Positions 40,270 to 49,581 of a stretch of DNA of 64,000 bases are shown piece by piece. The stretch covers positions 3,228 to 67,227 of the forward strand of contig JAKFEW010000043.1 in the NCBI GenBank assembly GCA_036675505.1, given 5' to 3'. The notes under the pieces are model-generated. The model was not told where the DNA came from. It searched no databases and saw nothing but the letters and a program-made list of their open reading frames with translations. Numbering within the stretch: position 1 is the first letter of the stretch; the number at the start of each line of letters is the position of its first letter. Both the position numbers and the translations under genes were made by a program. Source of the DNA: Candidatus Sericytochromatia bacterium (GTDB lineage Bacteria > Cyanobacteriota > Sericytochromatia > S15B-MN24 > JAQBPE01).

Positions 40270-41616
40270 ATGACCCGGCTCCAATTCTCGACCCGGCTGA
40301 CCCCCGTGAACCGGCTCAGGCTCGTGTTCGCCCTCGTGCCCCTCGTCCTCGGCCTGCTGTGGTGGCTGACGGCCCCCGCGCCGTGGCCCGGCCTCGCGTC
40401 GACCCGGTTGTTGCGCGCGCTCGCGTTGCAGCTCACCGGCGTGCTCGCGATCGGCACGATGGCCGCCGTCCTGGTGCTGGCCGCCCGGCCGGGGTGGGTC
40501 GAGCCGTGGCTCGGCGGACTCGACAAGATGTACCGCCTGCACAAGTGGCTGGGGATCGCGGCGCTCGCCTTCGCGGTCGCCCACTGGCTCGCGGCGTTGA
40601 TGCCCCACCAGGGCCGCGGCCTGCCGCGCGTGGATCCGGACGCGCTCGGGCCGGTGGGCCGCTTCCTGCACGGCCAGCACGACTTCGCGGTGGCGGCGGG
40701 CGCTTATGCGTTCTACGCATTCAGCCTGCTCGTCGTCCTGGCGCTCGTCAAGCGCTTCCCCTACCGCCACTTCTTCAAGACGCACCGCCTGCTCGCGCCC
40801 ACGTTCCTGGTGCTGGCCTTCCACGCAGCGGCGCTCCTGCGGCCGGAGTCCTGGCGGGTCCCGCTGGGCCCGGCCCTGGCGGCGCTCCTGGCCGCCGGTG
40901 GCGCGGCGGCGCTGCTCGTGCTGGGGCGGCGCGTCGGCGCCTCGCGCCGGGCCGAAGGTGAGGTGGTCGGCATCGACCGCCACGACCCGCTCGAGGCGCT
41001 GGAGCTCGAGATCCAGCTGCGCGGGCGATGGGGCGGCCACGAGGCCGGCCAGTTCGCTTTCCTGACGCTCGACGAGCGGGAAGGGCCGCACCCCTTCACG
41101 ATCTCCTCCGCCTGGGCGGGCGACGGCCGGATCCGGTTCATTATCAAGGCGCTCGGCGACTACACCCGCACGATCGCCGACCATGTGCGGCTCGGCGACC
41201 CGGTCCGGATCGAGGGCCCCTACGGCGCCTTCACCTTCCACGACGACGCGCCCCGCCAGATCTGGATCGGCGCAGGGGTCGGCGTCGCGCCCTTCGTCGC
41301 GCGCATGAAGGACCTCGCGCGGCACTCGGACGGTAAGCCGGTCGACCTCTACCACACCACGAAGGTCCTCGAGCCCGCGGCGATCGGCCTGCTAGAGCGC
41401 GACGCGGCGGCGGCCGGCGTGCGCCTTCACGTACTGTGGGACCCGCGTGACGGCCGCCTCGACGCCCGCCGGCTCGCCGAGGAGGTCCCGGGCTGGCGCG
41501 AGGCCGAGATCTGGTTCTGCGGCCCGGCAGCCTTCGGACGGGTCCTGGAGCGCGAATTGCGAGCGCGGGGCCTCCCTGCGGGGCGCTTCCACCAGGAGCT
41601 GTTCGAGCTGCGCTGA
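40270..41616 (+). CDS. Ferric-reductase/NOX-like membrane flavocytochrome (FRD transmembrane domain fused to an FAD/NAD(P)H-binding FNR module)
   Basis: ORF 39754..41616 was trimmed to ATG 40270, which has GGAGGTGCGCCC upstream. It has six TM helices with His pairs (HKWLG..AFAVAHW; HRLLAP..LAFHAA). These are followed by HPFTISS (FAD), IGAGVGVAPF (NAD(P)H) and a CGP motif. Confidence 0.85.
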   Translation: MTRLQFSTRLTPVNRLRLVFALVPLVLGLLWWLTAPAPWPGLASTRLLRALALQLTGVLAIGTMAAVLVLAARPGWVEPWLGGLDKMYRLHKWLGIAALAFAVAHWLAALMPHQGRGLPRVDPDALGPVGRFLHGQHDFAVAAGAYAFYAFSLLVVLALVKRFPYRHFFKTHRLLAPTFLVLAFHAAALLRPESWRVPLGPALAALLAAGGAAALLVLGRRVGASRRAEGEVVGIDRHDPLEALELEIQLRGRWGGHEAGQFAFLTLDEREGPHPFTISSAWAGDGRIRFIIKALGDYTRTIADHVRLGDPVRIEGPYGAFTFHDDAPRQIWIGAGVGVAPFVARMKDLARHSDGKPVDLYHTTKVLEPAAIGLLERDAAAAGVRLHVLWDPRDGRLDARRLAEEVPGWREAEIWFCGPAAFGRVLERELRARGLPAGRFHQELFELR

Positions 41617-41668
41617 AGCCCCGCCGCGCGATCCGCAGCTTCCAGGTGACGTAATCGTGGAATCATGC

Positions 41669-42095
41669 GGAACTCCTGTCGAGCGGCCATCAGCGCCATC
41701 TGGGCGGGGCTCACCTGCCCGGTCCCGAGGGCGAGGGCGTCGGGCGGCGTGGCCGCGGGCAACATGAGCCCGAGCGACGCCGCAAGCGTGGCGGGCAGCA
41801 TCAGCGCCAGCGGCTCCAGCCCCATCGCGGCCGCGAGGGCGCCCGCGAGCGGCACCAGGAGCAGGTTGGGCGTCGTGCCGATCGGCGTGCCCATCCCGCC
41901 GATGCTGGCGGCGACCGCCACGCCCAGGGCCATGGCGGTCCGGAACGCCGTCGCCTCCGGGCCCGCCCGGCCCGCGACGGCCAGGGCGACAGGCATCATG
42001 AGCAAGGCCGCGGCCGTGTTGCTGATCCACAGCAGCGCCATCACGGCCGTGAGCGCGGCCGCGGCGCGCATGTCGCCGGTCATGCCGGCGGGCAT
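41669..42095 (-). pseudogene. Remnant of a DASS/SLC13-type anion:sodium symporter (distal segment only)
   Basis: LLWISNTAAALLMMPVALAVA...AVAASIGGMGTPIGTTPNLLL...LPAATPPDALALGTGQVSPAQM matches the second hairpin/TM region of DASS transporters. No N-terminal half is present, and the ORF tail runs into the convergent reductase gene. Confidence 0.5.
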
Positions 42096-42323
42096 CGGCT
42101 TCAGTGTCGGACATGGGTTGCGTCACGGGCGGGCGAGCCGCCTTGCGGCCCGGCGCACCATCATCGCCATCCCGGCCAGACCGAGCACAGCTCCCCGCCG
42201 CCATCGCTCGCCTGGTCTCCGTGCGAGATCCGTACATAATACGTATTTGTCGTTCTGAAGCCAAAGCTTACGATGGCCTGGTCGCCGGTTTCGACCTCGC
42301 GACGCTAGCTGGAAGGACCATTT

Positions 42324-44783
42324 ATGCTTCGCCGGCGCCCATTGAGCAGCCACCTGCTCGTCGGTTTCCTCGTCGCCACCGTCTTGCCGCTGCTCGTCAC
42401 GCTCAGCCTGGGCCTGTGGCACCTTCAGCGGGAAACCGCGAACGTCCAGGCGCTCACGGCCTCGGCGAGCATGGATGCGGCCCGCGTCGCTGCGGGCGTC
42501 GTCGACGTGATGCTGGAGAGCACCGAGAAGACGCTCGAGCGCATGGCGCGACGCCTCGCTGTGGGGCCCGTCGACGCGCGCTACCTGGCCGACGAGGTCG
42601 CCAGCGAGCCCCACCTCGCGAGCTTGACGGTCGTGGACGCGGGCGGCGTGATCGTCGTGAGCACCCTGACCGAGCGCGAGCGCCCGCCATCCGTCATGAA
42701 GGCGCTCGCGGCCGTTCGGGCCGGCGCGTCGACCGCCTATTCCGAGGTCTTCACCTCGCGCGCGCTGCACGAGAAGGTCGTGGCCGTCGCCAGGCCCTAT
42801 CGACGGAACGGCCGGCTCGCCGGCGCGGTGGTGGCTCGGATGAGCGTCGCCCGCGTCAGCAGCGTCTTCCTCGGGCGGCTGGAGCAGGCCCCCCAGGCGT
42901 TCTCCTACCTCACGGACCGCCAGGGTCGGGTGATCGCGCACCCCGACGCGGCCCTCGTGGCGGAAGATCGGGACCTCGCCACGAACCCCCCGGTGGCCGC
43001 CGCCCAGGCCCGCGAGGCGGGATGGGTCGAGTTCGCGAGCCCGCTGACCGGCACGATGCGCCTGGCCGGCTTCCAGCGGATCGCCCGGACGGGCTGGATC
43101 GTGGTCTCTTCGCGCGAGACGCCCGCCGCCATCCTCAACCCCGCCCAGCGCTTCCGGGACCAGGCGGCGGTCGTCGCCGCGGCCGCGTTGCTGGTCGGCG
43201 CCTGGGCGATCTGGTGGGGGCGCCGGCTGGCGCGGCCCCTCGAGCGCCTGGCCGAGACCATGCGCGAAGCCCGCGACCAGGGACTCCAGGCGGCGCCGTT
43301 TCCGACGCTCGGCCTGGCCGAGGTCTCCGGCAACGTGGCCGAGTTCGAGACCGCGGGAAGCACCTACAACGCCCTGGTCGCCGAGCTGAACGACCGGTTC
43401 GAGGAAAGCGTCGTCTTCCAGGAGGAGCTACAGACCCAAAACGAAGAGTTGCAGTCCCAGACCGAAGAGCTCCAGGCCCAAACTGAAGAGCTCCAGGCCC
43501 AGACCGAAGAGCTCCAGGCCCAAAACGAGGAGATCCAGGCGCAGAGCGACGTCATCCTGCGGCAGAACCGCGAGCTGAATCAGCAAACGGCGTTCAACGA
43601 GCTCCTGTTGAACGCCGTGGACGACGGGATCTGTAGCCTCGACCCGGCTGGCCGGATCACCTTCGCCAACCCGGCCGCCGCGCGCCTCCTCGGGTACGGG
43701 CTCGACGAGGTGATCGACGCCGAGTTCGAGACCCTGGTGGGCGCTCGCCTGGGAGACGGCGCCCGGGGCCTTCAGTTCCGGCGCCGGGACGGCGCATGCT
43801 TCCCGGTGGAGCTCACGGCCCCGCCGCTGTACCAGGATGGCCTCGTCGTCGGCTCGTTGGTGGTGTTCACCGACATCACCGAGCGGCAGGCGGCGGAGCG
43901 CGCCGACCGCGTAGAGGCGGAGCGGCGCGCCGCGATGGCCTACGCCGACGTGCTCGCGGCCCAGAACGAGAAGCTGACCCACCTCTCGATGGAGGCGCAG
44001 GTCGCCAACCGGCTGAAGAGCGAGTTCCTGGCCAACATGAGCCATGAGCTGCGCACGCCCCTCAACTCCATCATCGGCTACAGCGACCTGCTCCTGCTCA
44101 ACAAGCACGAGCGGGTCGACGGCCGCAACCGGTCCAACCTGGAGGTCGTCAAGCGGAACGCTCATCACCTGTTGTCGCTCATCAACGACATCTTGGATCT
44201 CTCGAAGATCGAGGCCGGCAAAGTCTCGCTCTGCCCGGCGACCGTCGATCCGCGCGGCCTCTTGAAGGCAGTGAAGAGCATGACCGAGCCGATGGCGCGA
44301 CAGAAGGGCCTGACGATGGCCCTGGAGGTCGATTGCGGCCTGGGCCCGGTGTCGACCGACGAGACCAAGCTGCGGCAGATCGTCCTCAACCTCCTCAGCA
44401 ACGCCGTGAAGTTCACCAAGACCGGCGGCATCACGCTCTCCGCCGGTCCGAGCGGGCCCGATCGCTGGCACATCATGGTGAAGGACACCGGCATCGGCAT
44501 CGGGCCGGAGCACCGGGAGATCGTCTTCGACACCTTCCGGCAGGTGGACGCAGGCGCCAACCGCAACGTGGGCGGTACGGGCCTCGGCCTGCCGATCGCC
44601 CGCAAGCTCGCGCACCTGCTGGGCGGCGAGCTGACGTTCGAGAGCGTGCCCGGTGAAGGCAGCGCCTTCATCCTGGAGCTCCCCAGGGCGCTGGGCGGCG
44701 CCTGGAGCCCGCGCGGCGCGGCGACCGACGCGCCGGACGCGGCGCCGCTCCACCAGAAAGGAGCCCCTCATGAGTTCGCCTAG
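42324..44783 (+). CDS. Sensor histidine kinase (TM - Cache-like periplasmic segment - TM - HAMP - heptad coiled coil - PAS - HisKA - HATPase)
   Basis: The RBS is GGAAGGA. The two TM segments are LLVGFLVATVLPLLVTLSLGL and AAVVAAAALLVGAWAIWW. It has the H-box SHELRTPLNSIIGY, NLLSNAVKFT, DTGIGI and GGTGLGLPIA. Confidence 0.85.
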   Translation: MLRRRPLSSHLLVGFLVATVLPLLVTLSLGLWHLQRETANVQALTASASMDAARVAAGVVDVMLESTEKTLERMARRLAVGPVDARYLADEVASEPHLASLTVVDAGGVIVVSTLTERERPPSVMKALAAVRAGASTAYSEVFTSRALHEKVVAVARPYRRNGRLAGAVVARMSVARVSSVFLGRLEQAPQAFSYLTDRQGRVIAHPDAALVAEDRDLATNPPVAAAQAREAGWVEFASPLTGTMRLAGFQRIARTGWIVVSSRETPAAILNPAQRFRDQAAVVAAAALLVGAWAIWWGRRLARPLERLAETMREARDQGLQAAPFPTLGLAEVSGNVAEFETAGSTYNALVAELNDRFEESVVFQEELQTQNEELQSQTEELQAQTEELQAQTEELQAQNEEIQAQSDVILRQNRELNQQTAFNELLLNAVDDGICSLDPAGRITFANPAAARLLGYGLDEVIDAEFETLVGARLGDGARGLQFRRRDGACFPVELTAPPLYQDGLVVGSLVVFTDITERQAAERADRVEAERRAAMAYADVLAAQNEKLTHLSMEAQVANRLKSEFLANMSHELRTPLNSIIGYSDLLLLNKHERVDGRNRSNLEVVKRNAHHLLSLINDILDLSKIEAGKVSLCPATVDPRGLLKAVKSMTEPMARQKGLTMALEVDCGLGPVSTDETKLRQIVLNLLSNAVKFTKTGGITLSAGPSGPDRWHIMVKDTGIGIGPEHREIVFDTFRQVDAGANRNVGGTGLGLPIARKLAHLLGGELTFESVPGEGSAFILELPRALGGAWSPRGAATDAPDAAPLHQKGAPHEFA
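43431..43541 (+). repeat. In-frame 21-bp tandem repeat, about 5 copies, encoding LQ(A/S/T)Q(T/N)EE heptads
   Basis: The copies read cagacccaaaacgaagagttg / cagtcccagaccgaagagctc / caggcccaaactgaagagctc / caggcccagaccgaagagctc / caggcccaaaacgaggagatc. They lie inside kinase 42324..44783. Confidence 0.9.
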
Positions 44784-45141
44784 CATCCTGCTCGTCGAGG
44801 ACAACGAAGACAACCGCTCGTTGATCCGCCAGGTGGCCGAAATCATGGACGTCGCGCTCATCGAGGCCGTCAACGGCCTCGAAGGCGTCCAGATGGCCCG
44901 CTCGGCGGCCCCGAGCTTGATCCTCATGGATCTCAGCTTGCCGGTCATGACGGGCTGGGAGGCCGCCAGCGCCATCAAGGCCGATCTGGCGACGGCCGGC
45001 GTGCCGATCATCGCGTTGACCGCCCATGCCATGGACGGCGACGAGCGCCGGGCGCTCGAGGCCGGCTGCGACAGCTTCATCACCAAGCCGATCGACGTCC
45101 AGACCTTCATGGAGCTGATCGAAGGGTACCTCGCCCGATGA
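44770..45141 (+). CDS. Single-domain response regulator (REC only)
   Basis: ATG 44770 overlaps the upstream kinase 3' end. It has LLVEDNEDN, the phospho-acceptor LILMDLSLP, and ITKP. Confidence 0.9.
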   Translation: MSSPSILLVEDNEDNRSLIRQVAEIMDVALIEAVNGLEGVQMARSAAPSLILMDLSLPVMTGWEAASAIKADLATAGVPIIALTAHAMDGDERRALEAGCDSFITKPIDVQTFMELIEGYLAR

Positions 45142-46799
45142 GCCGCGCGCCGAAGCACCTCCTGGTCGTCGACGACCTGCCGGACAACCGCGGCCTGCTG
45201 GTCCAGTTCCTCGAGGACGACTACCGGCTCTCCGAGGCGGCGACGGGGCTCGACGCCCTCGACCACATCGCGCTGGATTGCCCGGACCTCGTGCTGCTCG
45301 ATCTCGCCATGCCGGTCATGGACGGCTACGAGGTGCTCGACCGGCTCCAGACCCGCCAGGGCAGCTTCCTGCCCGTCATCGTGGTCACGGCCGCCCACGA
45401 GCAGGAAGCCCGGCTGCGCGCCCTCCAGGCCGGCGCCCACGAGTTCCTCACCAAGCCGATCGATCCCGACGAGCTCCATGCCCGCATCCGGACGCTGCTG
45501 GCGCTCAAGGCGGCCCATGACGAGCTCGAGGCGCGCAACGGCCAGCTCGAGAGCCTGGTGGCCGTGCGCACGCGCGAGCTGGCGTGCGAGAAAGCCTTCG
45601 CGGAGCGCATCATCAACGGGACGCCCGCGGCGATCGCGTTCGTGGATCGGGCGCTCGCATGCCGGCGTGCCAACCCGGCGTGGGCGTCGCTCACGGGTCC
45701 GTCGGCCGCGCAAGACGTCTCGGCGTCTCTCGTGGACTGGGTCGGCCCACTCTGCCGCCGCCAGCTCGAGCAGACGCTCCGGCGGGTCCTGATGAAGGCG
45801 CGGCCGTTCCACGACCCTGCCTTTTCGATCTCCCTCGAGTACGAAGGGCAGATGGCGGGCCGCTTCTGGGACCTGACCTGTGAGCCCGTGCTCGGGGAAT
45901 GGGGGGATGTCGAAGGCGTCCTGGTCATGGCCGTGGACGTCACCGAGCGCGTGCAGCGGGAGCGCCACGAGCGGGAACGGTTCGAGCAATCCCTCAAGCT
46001 CGAGCGGATGAAGGCCGAGTTCCTGAGCGTCGTGAGCCATGAGCTCCGGACGCCCCTGAACTACATCACGGGCTACACCGAGCTCCTGGAGGCCGAGATC
46101 GCGGACGGCCTGAGCGAGGAACAGCGCCTTTACCTGGCAAACATCTTCGTGGGCGCCAAGCAGATGCTCCAGCTCGTCAACAACGTGCTGGACGTGAGCA
46201 AGATGGCAGGCGGCTATTTCGAGCTCGACATCACCGAAACCGATTTCCCGACGTTGGTCGAGCTGGCGCTCTCCGGCCTGTCCCACACGGCCGCCGCGCG
46301 TGGGCTACGGCTGGACATCGACGTCCTGGTCGCCGACACCTTGATCGTGGACGCGGACCGCATCGTCCAGGTGCTGACGCACCTGCTGGAGAACGCCATC
46401 AAGTTCACGCCGGACGGCGGCCGGGTCCAGCTGCGTGCGAGCGTGCGGGGCGACGCGTTGATCACCGAGCTCTCCGACAGCGGGCAGGGCATCCCCGCAG
46501 ACGACATCCCCAAACTCTTCAAGCCCTTCGACCAGCTGGACATGAGCCTTACGCGGTGCACGAACGGGGCCGGGCTGGGCCTCCACATCGTCAAGCACAT
46601 CGTCGAGGCCCACGGGGGCCAGGTCGGGGTGGTCAGCGAGCCCGGGAGCGGCAGCACGTTCTGGTTCAGCCTTCCGCTCGCGCCGAGGCCGGCGCCGAAC
46701 CCGCCCGTCGCGCTGACCGAGGCCGTGAACCAGCGGCGGCGCTCGGCCACGCCTTCCCCGGGCGTCTGCGACGCCAAGCCGCGGAAGCGCTCGCGGTGA
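45138..46799 (+). CDS. Hybrid REC-PAS-HisKA-HATPase kinase
   Basis: It has an ATGA overlap with the preceding gene. The REC domain shows LLVVDDLPDN, VLLDLAMP and LTKP. These are followed by a PAS domain, the H-box SHELRTPLNYITGY, HLLENAIKFT and GAGLGLHIV. Confidence 0.9.
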   Translation: MSRAPKHLLVVDDLPDNRGLLVQFLEDDYRLSEAATGLDALDHIALDCPDLVLLDLAMPVMDGYEVLDRLQTRQGSFLPVIVVTAAHEQEARLRALQAGAHEFLTKPIDPDELHARIRTLLALKAAHDELEARNGQLESLVAVRTRELACEKAFAERIINGTPAAIAFVDRALACRRANPAWASLTGPSAAQDVSASLVDWVGPLCRRQLEQTLRRVLMKARPFHDPAFSISLEYEGQMAGRFWDLTCEPVLGEWGDVEGVLVMAVDVTERVQRERHERERFEQSLKLERMKAEFLSVVSHELRTPLNYITGYTELLEAEIADGLSEEQRLYLANIFVGAKQMLQLVNNVLDVSKMAGGYFELDITETDFPTLVELALSGLSHTAAARGLRLDIDVLVADTLIVDADRIVQVLTHLLENAIKFTPDGGRVQLRASVRGDALITELSDSGQGIPADDIPKLFKPFDQLDMSLTRCTNGAGLGLHIVKHIVEAHGGQVGVVSEPGSGSTFWFSLPLAPRPAPNPPVALTEAVNQRRRSATPSPGVCDAKPRKRSR

Positions 46800-46848
46800 T
46801 GCAACGCTGAACCCGCCGGCCAGCGCGACGCGCTGCCGGCTCCGGACA

Positions 46849-48435
46849 TCAGGCCTGCGGCGAGGGCGCGTGCGGGAGGCTGAACCAAAAGGTGCTGCCC
46901 GTCCCGGGTGCGCTTTCGACGCCAATCTCGCCGCCATGGGCCACGACGATCGTCTTGCTGATCGCGAGCCCGAGGCCGGTCCCGCCGCGCTTCTTGCCCG
47001 CCGCGAGCTGGCCGAAGCGTTGGAAGAGCTTCGGCACGTCTTCTGGGGCGATCCCGACGCCCGTATCCCGGACCTCGAAGCGTGCGCCCGCCGCATCCCA
47101 GCGCAAGCGGACGGTGATCGTCCCGCCTTTGGGCGTGAACTTGATGGCGTTGCCGATCAGGTTGGTGAGCACCTGGCCGATCCGCTGCGAGTCGCACAGC
47201 ACGGGCCGGGGCGCGGGGACGACGTCGGCCTCCAGCGTCAGGCCGGCCGCGTCGAGCTGCGGCGCGAGCTGCGCGAGGACCTCGCGGACCTGGAGGCCTG
47301 GATCACATGGCTCGAGGCGAAGCTTGAAGGTCCCGGCATCGATGCGGGCGGCATCGAGCAGGTCGTCGACGAGGCGCTGGAGCTGGAGAGCAGCCAGGCC
47401 GAGGCGCTGGACGAACCCGGCCTGGTCGGCGTTCAGCGGCCCGGCCACCTGGTCCTCGAGCAGCTCCCCGTAGCCGACGATCGCCGTCAAAGGCGATCGG
47501 AGCTCGTGCGACACCGAGTTGACGAAGTCGCTCTTGAGCGCCGACAGCTCACGCTCCTTGGCCAGGTCGGCGGCCCGCGCCGCCGCTTCCGCCTGCGCCC
47601 GCCGGAGCTCGGTGATGTCCTGGACGGTCCCGCACATCCGCAGCGGACGCCCCGCGGCATCTCGAGCGACCTCGGCCTGCTCATGAACGATTCGCTCGCC
47701 CCCATCGGGTCGCACGATCCGGTGATCGATGGCGTACTCGGTCCCATCATCCAGCGCCCCCGTGACGGCCCTCTGGACGGCGTCCCGATCCGCCGGGTGG
47801 ACGAAGGCCAGAAAGGCGTCGTACGTCGCCTCGAACGCGCCGGGCTCGACGCCGAAGATGCGGTAAATCTCGTCGGACCAGGCCAACTCGTTGGCGCGGA
47901 TGTCCCAGTCCCAGTTGCCGAGGTGCGCGATCCGTTGCGCGTTCGCCAGGCTCGCCTGGCTCCTCGCGAGTGCCTGAGCGGCACGCTTTTGCGCCGTGAC
48001 GTCCCGCTCGATCGCCGCGATGCCGACGACCTGGCCGGCGGCGTCCCGGATCGGCGACAGCGAGAGCGAAACATCGAGGGCGCGCCCGTCGCGGGCGAAC
48101 CGCCGGGACTCGAAGTGGGCCACGCGCTCGCCCTTCGCGATCCGGTCGTGCATCGCCCGCAGGGCCTCGCGCTCCTCGGGCGCGACGATCATAGCGATGG
48201 GTCGCCCGATCATGTCGTCCGCGTGGTAGCCGTACATCCGCGCGGCTCCTGCGTTCCAGCTGGTCACGACGCCATCCGGGGTCTTGCTGATGATCGCGTC
48301 GTCGGAAGAATCGACGATGGCCGCGAGGAACCGCGCATGCGCGCCGCCCGGCCCGGCAGGCGAGCCAGCCGACGGGACGTCGCCGCCTTCGACGAATGAC
48401 GGGCCTGTCTCAGCCCCCGATGATGCGGCATCCAT
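46849..48435 (-). CDS. Soluble dual-PAS histidine kinase
   Basis: It has two PAS domains (SKTPDGVVTSWNAGAARMYGY; NWDWDIRANELAWSDEIYRIFG). It also has the H-box SHELRSPLTAIVGY, NLIGNAIKFT, DTGVGI and [10 protein letters not shown]. Confidence 0.85.
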   Translation of the reverse strand: MDAASSGAETGPSFVEGGDVPSAGSPAGPGGAHARFLAAIVDSSDDAIISKTPDGVVTSWNAGAARMYGYHADDMIGRPIAMIVAPEEREALRAMHDRIAKGERVAHFESRRFARDGRALDVSLSLSPIRDAAGQVVGIAAIERDVTAQKRAAQALARSQASLANAQRIAHLGNWDWDIRANELAWSDEIYRIFGVEPGAFEATYDAFLAFVHPADRDAVQRAVTGALDDGTEYAIDHRIVRPDGGERIVHEQAEVARDAAGRPLRMCGTVQDITELRRAQAEAAARAADLAKERELSALKSDFVNSVSHELRSPLTAIVGYGELLEDQVAGPLNADQAGFVQRLGLAALQLQRLVDDLLDAARIDAGTFKLRLEPCDPGLQVREVLAQLAPQLDAAGLTLEADVVPAPRPVLCDSQRIGQVLTNLIGNAIKFTPKGGTITVRLRWDAAGARFEVRDTGVGIAPEDVPKLFQRFGQLAAGKKRGGTGLGLAISKTIVVAHGGEIGVESAPGTGSTFWFSLPHAPSPQA

Positions 48436-48744
48436 AGGCCGTCATGGTAACACGCTCCGACGCTGATGGGCGCACTCATGCGGCCCTTGGGGTAATCGCC
48501 GTCATGCATCACCTGCGCGACTTCGAGCAACGACTGGCCATACCCTACGCAGACCGGAACGGGCGTCATGACCGATCGCACCGTCCGCCCGGCATCGGCG
48601 AGAACCGGCGCCAAGACCACCACCGTCGTCCCCCGCCACCGGCGGGCGCGGGCGTGTAATCCGCAGGAACTACGCATCCCTTGTGCGGGGATTTTCGCTA
48701 TTGTGGCGGCTGTCTATTACAAAATATTAAGAAGGGGGCTCCTC

Positions 48745-49557
48745 GTGAAGCAGGTCCATACGCCGACGGCCGGCCACATCGCCGTGCCCGACAACCTCGC
48801 GGTCCGCTGGGTGCCCGACCTGCGGGGCGGTCGGTGTGTCTCGGCGCCGGTCGCGCGGCCGGTCGATCCTCACGCGCTGATCGCGGTGGCGAGTCACGCG
48901 GCTCGCACGCCGCTGACCACCGCGACGGGATACGGCGAGCTCCTCGCGGATGGCGACCTCGGGGCGCTGAACGAGGATCAACGAGCAGGAGTCGCCGCCA
49001 TCGTCAACGGGATCGCGCGGCTGGAAAGGCTCTTCGGCCACGTGACGGACTTGATCCACATCCAGGCCGGCACGCTCGCGCTGTTCGTCGAGGAGCTCGA
49101 CTACCTGGCCTGCGTCGCCGACGTCGCGACGCTGGCACGCCCGCTGGCCAGCGAGAAGTGGGTGCAGATCACCGTAGATACGCTCACAACCGAGCTCCGG
49201 CCGCGGTGGGACGGCCGGCGGATCGCCCAGGTGCTCGCGAGCCTCCTCGAGATCGCCATCGCGTCGGCGCCGGCCGGTGGCCAGGTGACCGTCCGCACCC
49301 GCGTGTTCGGCCGGCGCCTGATGACGGAGGTCGCGAACGGCGCGCCCGAGCCTTCGCTGCACGGGCTCGACGACGTCCTCGGCGGCCTCGACGCGGGCCC
49401 GGTCGCGACGCGCTCGCCGGACGGCCGCGCGCTCGACCTCCTCGTCTGCAAGGCGCTCGTGGAGGCCCACGGCGGCTCGATGGGCGCCGAGCACCTCCCC
49501 GGGCTCGGCGACAACATCTGGTTCCAGGTTCCGCTGGGCCACGCACCCGGGGAATGA
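48745..49557 (+). CDS. Degenerate histidine-kinase-like protein (H-box retained, ATP-binding boxes eroded)
   Basis: The GTG start at 48745 follows AAGGGGG. It has the H-box-like ASHAARTPLTTATGY. The N-box position reads LASLLEIAIASA (no Asn), the G1 position reads VANGAPEP, and the G2 position reads [18 protein letters not shown]. Confidence 0.6.
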   Translation: MKQVHTPTAGHIAVPDNLAVRWVPDLRGGRCVSAPVARPVDPHALIAVASHAARTPLTTATGYGELLADGDLGALNEDQRAGVAAIVNGIARLERLFGHVTDLIHIQAGTLALFVEELDYLACVADVATLARPLASEKWVQITVDTLTTELRPRWDGRRIAQVLASLLEIAIASAPAGGQVTVRTRVFGRRLMTEVANGAPEPSLHGLDDVLGGLDAGPVATRSPDGRALDLLVCKALVEAHGGSMGAEHLPGLGDNIWFQVPLGHAPGE

Positions 49558-49581
49558 CCCCCACAGCCGGGCGACGTGCGC

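Noticed and set aside
43431-43541. The 21-bp tandem repeat, considered as a CRISPR-like or minisatellite element.
   Set aside because: There are no spacers, and the units are contiguous. They are in frame within a kinase ORF and encode a heptad coiled coil.
48482-48587. A CBS-like string (VRSVMTPVPVCVGYGQSLLEVAQVMHDGDY) on the minus strand upstream of the dual-PAS kinase.
   Set aside because: Only about 35 residues resemble a CBS motif. The ORF then overlaps the kinase start and has no RBS. This is too short to distinguish a remnant from chance.
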